From Emcibacter sp. (GTDB taxonomy: Bacteria > Pseudomonadota > Alphaproteobacteria > Sphingomonadales > Emcibacteraceae): 39,851 bases of DNA. The notes beneath the pieces were generated by a model. The model ran no database searches. It saw only the letters and a program-made list of their open reading frames with translations, and was not told where the DNA came from. The position numbers were made by a program, and so were the translations under genes. Shown here one piece after another: positions 34,480-39,851 of the stretch. Location: NCBI GenBank assembly GCA_027019205.1, contig JALUWZ010000141.1, forward strand, positions 1 through 39,851. Reading direction: 5' to 3'. The number at the start of each line of letters is the position of its first letter. The stretch's first letter is position 1.

Positions 34480-36266
34480 CGGGTTTTCACATAATTGCCC
34501 GGGGCGTCCTCAAGGGCCTTTAACGGGCCGTCGCCGGGGATTCTGGCAGCGACTTTCGGGCCGGATTTCAGCCTGAGCCATTTATGCCAGTCATCCCACC
34601 ATGAGCCGGGTTTGCTGGTGGCCCCTTCAAGCCATTCCGACGCATCACGGGGCAAATCATCATTAAGCCAGTGATTATATTTATGGGCGGACGGCGGGTT
34701 AACCACCCCGGCAATATGTCCGGAGCCTGCGAGCATAAATCTTTTCGGGCCGGAAAAATGCCATACGTCCTTGTAAACCGACATCCACGGGCAGATATGG
34801 TCGGTGCGGGCCGCCTGAATATAGGTCGGAATATCAATCTTTGTCAGGTCGAGCGGCGTATCATTCAGGATGATTTTCCCCGGTTTGACCAGATTATTAT
34901 GCAGATACATTTCCTTGAGATACTGGCTGTGGCAGGCCCGGGTCAGCCGGGTATGGTCACCATTCCAATAGAGCAGGTCAAAGGGGAAGGGATCTCTGCC
35001 TTTCAGATAATTATTGATGACAAATGACCATATAAGGTCATTGGACCGCAGCATATTGAAGGTATTGGACATGGTTTTGCCATCAAGGAAACCATGCTTT
35101 TCCATGGTCTGTTCCATATCTTTCATCTGTTTTTCATCAACGAAAATGGTCAGTTCCCCGGCCTCGCTGAAATCAACCTGTGTCACCAGAAAAGTTGAAC
35201 AGTCAATCTGGTCAAGCGTATCCTTTGCCGCAAGATGCGCGAGTGTGCTGGCAAGCAGGGTGCCACCGATACAATAGCCGACGGTATTGATCTTTTTCTC
35301 CCCCGTGGCCTGTTTGACCATGTCAATGGCGGTCAGGGTGCCAAGGCGCATATAGTCGCCGAAATCAAGGTCTGCCATACTCTTGTCCGGATTGCGCCAT
35401 GATATGATAAATACGCTATAGCCCTTGTCAGTCAGCCACCTGACCAGCGAATTTTCCGGACGCAGGTCAAGGATATAGAATTTATTGATCCATGGCGGCA
35501 CAATCAGCAGCGGCTTCTTATATTGTTTTTCCGTTGTCGGGGCATACTGGATAAGCTCAATCAGCTCGTTACGGAAGATCACCTTGCCCGGGGTGGTGGC
35601 AATATTGCGCCCTGGCTCGAATTTCTCGTCATCGGTCATTTTGACGGTAAATTTACCGCTTTCCGGGTTATAATCGCGCAGGATATTTTCAAAACCCTTC
35701 ACCAGATTCTTGCCCTGACTGTCGATGGTTTCGCGGATAACCTCCGGGTTGGTCAGGGCAAAATTCGTTGGTGACATGGCGTCAATAAATTGCCGGGTAA
35801 AGAAATTTTTCTTGGCTTTTTCGTGAGTATTTTCCGCCGGGATGTCATTCACGGCATCGGCAAGCCAGTCGGATGTCAGCAGGTAGGACTGGCGGATAAA
35901 GTCAAATATCTGGTTCTCCTGCCATTCCCTGTCCTTGAATCTCTTGTCTTTGGGGTCAGGTTCTATCACAGGCTTTACCGTATCATCGCCCATCATTTTG
36001 CGCGATGCATTCTGCCACAGGGTCATGTAATTCTGCCACAGGTCCATCTGTTTTTCTACCAGCTGTTCGGGATGGGTGGCGTAATATCGCGACAGTTCAA
36101 GCAGGGTTTCACCGATATGCATGGGGTCGGATTCAATATCGGACACCCGGTCATTCTGTTCTTCCAGAAAGTCATGGGCCATTTTCTGAAATTCTGCTGT
36201 CATTTCCGTGATATTTTTCATAATATTTTCCGGAATCTGTTCAAATTCAGATTTTTCGTCGCTCAT
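34470..36266 (-). CDS. phaC: Class I poly(3-hydroxyalkanoate) synthase
   Basis: DKRFKD..W, TPGKVIF, LLIVPPWINKFYILDL, lipase box GYCIGGT, DHICPW, SGHIAGVVNPP, GSWW. Confidence 0.97.
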   Translation of the reverse strand: MSDEKSEFEQIPENIMKNITEMTAEFQKMAHDFLEEQNDRVSDIESDPMHIGETLLELSRYYATHPEQLVEKQMDLWQNYMTLWQNASRKMMGDDTVKPVIEPDPKDKRFKDREWQENQIFDFIRQSYLLTSDWLADAVNDIPAENTHEKAKKNFFTRQFIDAMSPTNFALTNPEVIRETIDSQGKNLVKGFENILRDYNPESGKFTVKMTDDEKFEPGRNIATTPGKVIFRNELIELIQYAPTTEKQYKKPLLIVPPWINKFYILDLRPENSLVRWLTDKGYSVFIISWRNPDKSMADLDFGDYMRLGTLTAIDMVKQATGEKKINTVGYCIGGTLLASTLAHLAAKDTLDQIDCSTFLVTQVDFSEAGELTIFVDEKQMKDMEQTMEKHGFLDGKTMSNTFNMLRSNDLIWSFVINNYLKGRDPFPFDLLYWNGDHTRLTRACHSQYLKEMYLHNNLVKPGKIILNDTPLDLTKIDIPTYIQAARTDHICPWMSVYKDVWHFSGPKRFMLAGSGHIAGVVNPPSAHKYNHWLNDDLPRDASEWLEGATSKPGSWWDDWHKWLRLKSGPKVAARIPGDGPLKALEDAPGNYVKTRYR

Positions 36267-36442
36267 GACCTGTTCTCCATTACCTTTATAGGAGTCTAGT
36301 GTGACAAACCGGTGAAGTAAACGGGATAATTTTTACCGAAACAGGGAAAAAGGCATTTTCCTTTAGTATCGACAGTTGGTATAACGACCCGGCTGGAGTC
36401 CCCGGTCTGTCGGGGAGCCAAGGTCACACACAAGAGGAAAAG

Positions 36443-37660
36443 ATGGAAAAGGATTTTTACCGCATCAAAAGACTGCCCCCTTATGTTTTTGCCGAAGTCA
36501 ATGCCATGAAGGCGGCGGAACGGGCCGCAGGGGCGGATATTATTGATTTCGGTATGGGCAATCCTGATCTGGTGCCGCCGCAGCATGTCATGGACAAGCT
36601 GACCGAAACCCTGAAGAATCCCAAGGTGCATCGCTATTCAACCTCGCGCGGTATTCCCGGGCTGCGCAAGGCGCTCTGTGCCTATTACGACCGGCGATTC
36701 AATGTTGATATTGATCCGGAAACAGAGAGCATCGTCACCCTCGGCTCCAAAGAGGGCCTCGCCAACCTGGCCCAGGCCATCACGGCGCCGGGCGATGTTA
36801 TTCTGGTGCCGAACCCGAGCTACCCCATTCATCATTTCGGTTTTATCATCGCCGGGGCCACTATCCGCCATTTGCCGGTTGGCACCGGACAGGATTTTAT
36901 GGAGGAACTGGCCAACGCGGTCAAACATTCCATTCCAAAGCCGACGGCGCTGGTGATCAATTTTCCGTCAAACCCGACGGCACAGGTGGTTGATCTCGAT
37001 TTCTATCAGGAAATAGTTGATTTCGCCCGCAAGCATAAAATCTATATCCTGTCGGACCTTGCCTATGCGGAAATATATTTTGACGGCACGCCGCCGCCGT
37101 CCATCCTGCAGGTGCCCGGGGCAAAGGATGTGGCGATCGAATTCACCTCGCTCAGCAAGACCTATTCCATGGCCGGGTGGCGCATGGGATTTGCGGTCGG
37201 CAACCGTGATCTGATCGCGGCGCTCACCCGGATGAAATCCTATGTTGATTACGGGGCCTTTACGCCGATTCAGGTGGCGGCCACGGCGGCGCTCAACGGG
37301 CCACAGGACTATATTGATTATGCCCGCAGGGTCTATAAATCGCGTCGGGATGTGCTGATCCGGGGGCTTGGGGATGCCGGCTGGGACATTCCCTCGCCTG
37401 CGGCAACCATGTTTGCCTGGGGCAGAATTCCGGAAATCTGGCGCGATCTCGGCTCAATGGAATTCACCAAGCAGCTGTTGAAACATGCCCATGTTGCGGT
37501 ATCCCCCGGTGAAGGCTTCGGTGAATATGGCGAGGGGTTTGTCCGCATCGCCATGGTGGAAAATGAACAGCGCATCCGTCAGGCGATCCGCAATATCAAA
37601 AAATTCATGACCGACAGCCCGAGATTAATAGCCCGGATTACAGAAGGAATAAACCCGTGA
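36443..37660 (+). CDS. PLP-dependent class I/II aminotransferase (AlaC / LL-diaminopimelate aminotransferase-like)
   Basis: RLPPYVF, DFGMGNPD, GSKEG, PSNPT, SDLAY, SLSKTYSMAGWRMG; exact substrate cannot be determined from sequence. Confidence 0.9.
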   Translation: MEKDFYRIKRLPPYVFAEVNAMKAAERAAGADIIDFGMGNPDLVPPQHVMDKLTETLKNPKVHRYSTSRGIPGLRKALCAYYDRRFNVDIDPETESIVTLGSKEGLANLAQAITAPGDVILVPNPSYPIHHFGFIIAGATIRHLPVGTGQDFMEELANAVKHSIPKPTALVINFPSNPTAQVVDLDFYQEIVDFARKHKIYILSDLAYAEIYFDGTPPPSILQVPGAKDVAIEFTSLSKTYSMAGWRMGFAVGNRDLIAALTRMKSYVDYGAFTPIQVAATAALNGPQDYIDYARRVYKSRRDVLIRGLGDAGWDIPSPAATMFAWGRIPEIWRDLGSMEFTKQLLKHAHVAVSPGEGFGEYGEGFVRIAMVENEQRIRQAIRNIKKFMTDSPRLIARITEGINP

Positions 37661-38949
37661 GCAAACCACTTAAAATAGCCATCGCCGGGCTTGGTACGGT
37701 CGGGGTCGGGGTGATCAAAATTCTGGAAAGCCACCGGGAGATGATCGCGGCGCGCGCCGGACGTCCGGTGGAAATTATCGCCGTTTCCGCCAGTAATCGC
37801 AGCCGCGCGCGCGGGATAGATATTTCCGCCTATGACTGGGTTGACAATGTCCTCGATTTTACCACACGGGACGATGTGGACATCATTGTTGAACTGATTG
37901 GCGGCTCTGATGGCATTGCCCATGCCCTTGCCCGGCAGGCACTGGACCGGGGAAAATCCTTTGTCACCGCCAACAAGGCGCTGATTGCCCATCATGGCAA
38001 TGAACTGGCGGAATGTGCCGGGAAACAGCAGCTTGCCCTGCGCTTTGAGGCTGCGGTAGCCGGAGGCATTCCGATCATAAAATCCCTTGGCGAGGGGCTG
38101 GCGGCCAACCGGCTCAACAAGGTGTATGGCATCCTGAACGGGACAACAAATTATATGCTGACCCAGATGGAGGCGACGGGCCGGGATTACGGGGAAATTC
38201 TCGAAGAGACCAAGCTTCTCGGCTATCTTGAGGCCGACCCGTCGCTTGATCTCGACGGTATTGACGCCGCTCACAAGCTGACGATCCTCAGCACGGTCGC
38301 TTTCGGGGTCAAGGCAAATTTTGACGATGTCTATACCGAAGGCATCCGCCGCATCAAGCTGGTCGATATTGAATATGCGAAAGAGCTGGGCTACCGGATA
38401 AAGCTGCTCGGCATTGCCAGCCTTGCGAAAGCCGGACTGGAACAGCGGGTTCATCCCTGTCTGGTGCCGAATTCCGCGCCGATAGCCCATGTGGATGACG
38501 GCTTTAATGCCATCGTGGTTGACGGGGATTTTATTGACCGGACCTTCTATGAGGGGCGCGGCGCGGGGGAAGGCCCGACCGCCTCTGCGGTGGTGGCGGA
38601 TATTATTGATATCGCCCGTGGCCATCATGGTCCGGCATTTTTTGTTCCGGCCCGTGCCATGCAGGAAGTGGCGCTGATCAGCATGTCTGACCGGGTTGGC
38701 CCTTATTATATCCGCCTTCATGTCGAGGAACAGCCCGGGGTGATTGCCGATATTACCGCCGCCCTCAGGGATCAGGATGTCTCGCTCCATGTTATGCTGC
38801 AAAAGGGCAGCGAACAGGATGGCAGCGTTTATGTCGTCATGGTAACCCATGATACCCGTGAACAGAAATTAATGAATGCCATGAACCAGATCAATGCATT
38901 ATCCTCGGTAATTGATAAAGCTCTGGCAATCCGCATAGAGAATTTGTAA
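37657..38949 (+). CDS. hom: Homoserine dehydrogenase with C-terminal ACT domain
   Basis: AGLGTVG, VTANKA, FEAAVAGGIP, GILNGTTNY, LGYLEADP, GRGAGEGPTASAV; GTGA overlap. Confidence 0.97.
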   Translation: MSKPLKIAIAGLGTVGVGVIKILESHREMIAARAGRPVEIIAVSASNRSRARGIDISAYDWVDNVLDFTTRDDVDIIVELIGGSDGIAHALARQALDRGKSFVTANKALIAHHGNELAECAGKQQLALRFEAAVAGGIPIIKSLGEGLAANRLNKVYGILNGTTNYMLTQMEATGRDYGEILEETKLLGYLEADPSLDLDGIDAAHKLTILSTVAFGVKANFDDVYTEGIRRIKLVDIEYAKELGYRIKLLGIASLAKAGLEQRVHPCLVPNSAPIAHVDDGFNAIVVDGDFIDRTFYEGRGAGEGPTASAVVADIIDIARGHHGPAFFVPARAMQEVALISMSDRVGPYYIRLHVEEQPGVIADITAALRDQDVSLHVMLQKGSEQDGSVYVVMVTHDTREQKLMNAMNQINALSSVIDKALAIRIENL

Positions 38950-38996
38950 AAGAAATACAGATTAATTTTAAAAATCATAACATAAGGAAAAAAGGA

Positions 38997-39851
38997 ATGT
39001 CCTTTGAATCGAATCTGGATCGTCTGCTTGTACTGGATCTTGTACGGGTGACGGAGGCGGCGGCGGTCTCCGCAGCCAAACTTGTCGGCAAGGGCGATGA
39101 GAAGGCGGCGGATGCGGCGGCGGTTGACGCCATGCGGGCGGCGCTCAATAAAATGGATATTCAGGGCCGCGTCGTAATCGGCGAAGGCGAGAGGGACGAG
39201 GCGCCGATGCTGTTTATCGGCGAAGAGGTCGGCACCGGCAAAGGCCCACGGGTTGATATTGCCCTTGACCCCCTCGAAGGCACCACGATCGCCGCCAAGG
39301 CGATGCAGAATTCACTGGCGGTAATTGCCATTTCCGAAGAGGGCCATCTGCTGAATGCCCCGGATGTCTATATGGACAAGATTGCCGTCGGGCCGGGTTA
39401 CGACGAAGGTGTCATTGACCTTGACCGGACGCCGACCGAAAATATCAAATCCGTTGCGGCGGCCAAAGGCTGTTCAGTCAATGATATTCTGGTTTGCGTC
39501 CTTGACCGTCCGCGTCATGCGGCGATCATAGAGGAAGTCCGCACCGCCGGGGCGCGGATCAAGCTGATCGGTGACGGTGATGTTGCCGGGGTGATTGATA
39601 CCACCAACCCGGAAACCAGTGTTGATATTTACATGGGATCAGGCGGGGCGCCGGAAGGTGTTCTGGCCGCTGCCGCCCTGCGCTGTATCGGCGGGCAGAT
39701 GCAGGGCCGGTTGATATTCCGCAATGATGATGAGCGGGGTCGCGCCCATAAATGGGGCATTACCGACCTTAACCGGAAATATTCCGCGCTGGAAATGGCC
39801 AGCGGCGATGTGATTTTTGCCGCCTCCGGGGTGACGGATGGCTATCTGCTG
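38997..39851 (+). CDS. glpX: Class II fructose-1,6-bisphosphatase GlpX, 3'-truncated (absent from the ORF track)
   Basis: Manual translation from ATG 38997: MSFESNLDRLLVLDLVRVTEAAA...VVIGEGERDEAPMLFIGE...DIALDPLEGTT; AAGGA RBS. Confidence 0.95.
   Translation, partial: MSFESNLDRLLVLDLVRVTEAAAVSAAKLVGKGDEKAADAAAVDAMRAALNKMDIQGRVVIGEGERDEAPMLFIGEEVGTGKGPRVDIALDPLEGTTIAAKAMQNSLAVIAISEEGHLLNAPDVYMDKIAVGPGYDEGVIDLDRTPTENIKSVAAAKGCSVNDILVCVLDRPRHAAIIEEVRTAGARIKLIGDGDVAGVIDTTNPETSVDIYMGSGGAPEGVLAAAALRCIGGQMQGRLIFRNDDERGRAHKWGITDLNRKYSALEMASGDVIFAASGVTDGYLL

Noticed and set aside
34470-39851. phaC without phaAB, next to flagellar genes
   Set aside because: Orphan phaC divergent from aminotransferase-hom-glpX is common alphaproteobacterial synteny, and it is convergent with, not part of, the flagellar run.

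Overview
Alphaproteobacterial chromosomal segment with Caulobacter/Rhodospirillales-like gene order (an Emcibacter-like lineage is a guess), dominated by a flagellar supercluster. Left end: a 5'-truncated subtilisin (S8) protease with a long 8-aa tandem repeat, a CheY-like receiver carrying Cle-type c-di-GMP motifs overlapping an Hpt gene, and a MoxR/VWA pair. 5-19.5 kb: a flagellin and flagellin-glycosylation locus with a FlmG-like TPR glycosyltransferase, flbT, flaF, three ~275-aa flagellins, flaG, pseB, pseC, pseH (with an extra C-terminal domain), a Pse-associated methylase, two SpsF-type cytidylyltransferases, a Gfo/Idh/MocA oxidoreductase, an unknown HP-motif protein and a second GNAT. 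No pseI/neuB or pseG is in the window. 19.5-34.5 kb: flgI-flgJ-flgN, fliX, dksA, flgFGAH, fliL-fliM-(pflI-like)-motE, cheZ, a degenerate MotB paralogue overlapping a canonical motB, and a ~970-aa secreted TPR protein. Right end: phaC and aminotransferase-hom-glpX (truncated). Sigma54 promoters, IHF-like sites, ftr (FlbD)-like dyads and CtrA boxes can be read in the spacers. No mobile elements, CRISPR arrays, tRNA or rRNA were seen. The best candidate for something undescribed is the pseudo-MotB/MotB/TPR stator module. All calls are motif- and synteny-based; no searches were run.
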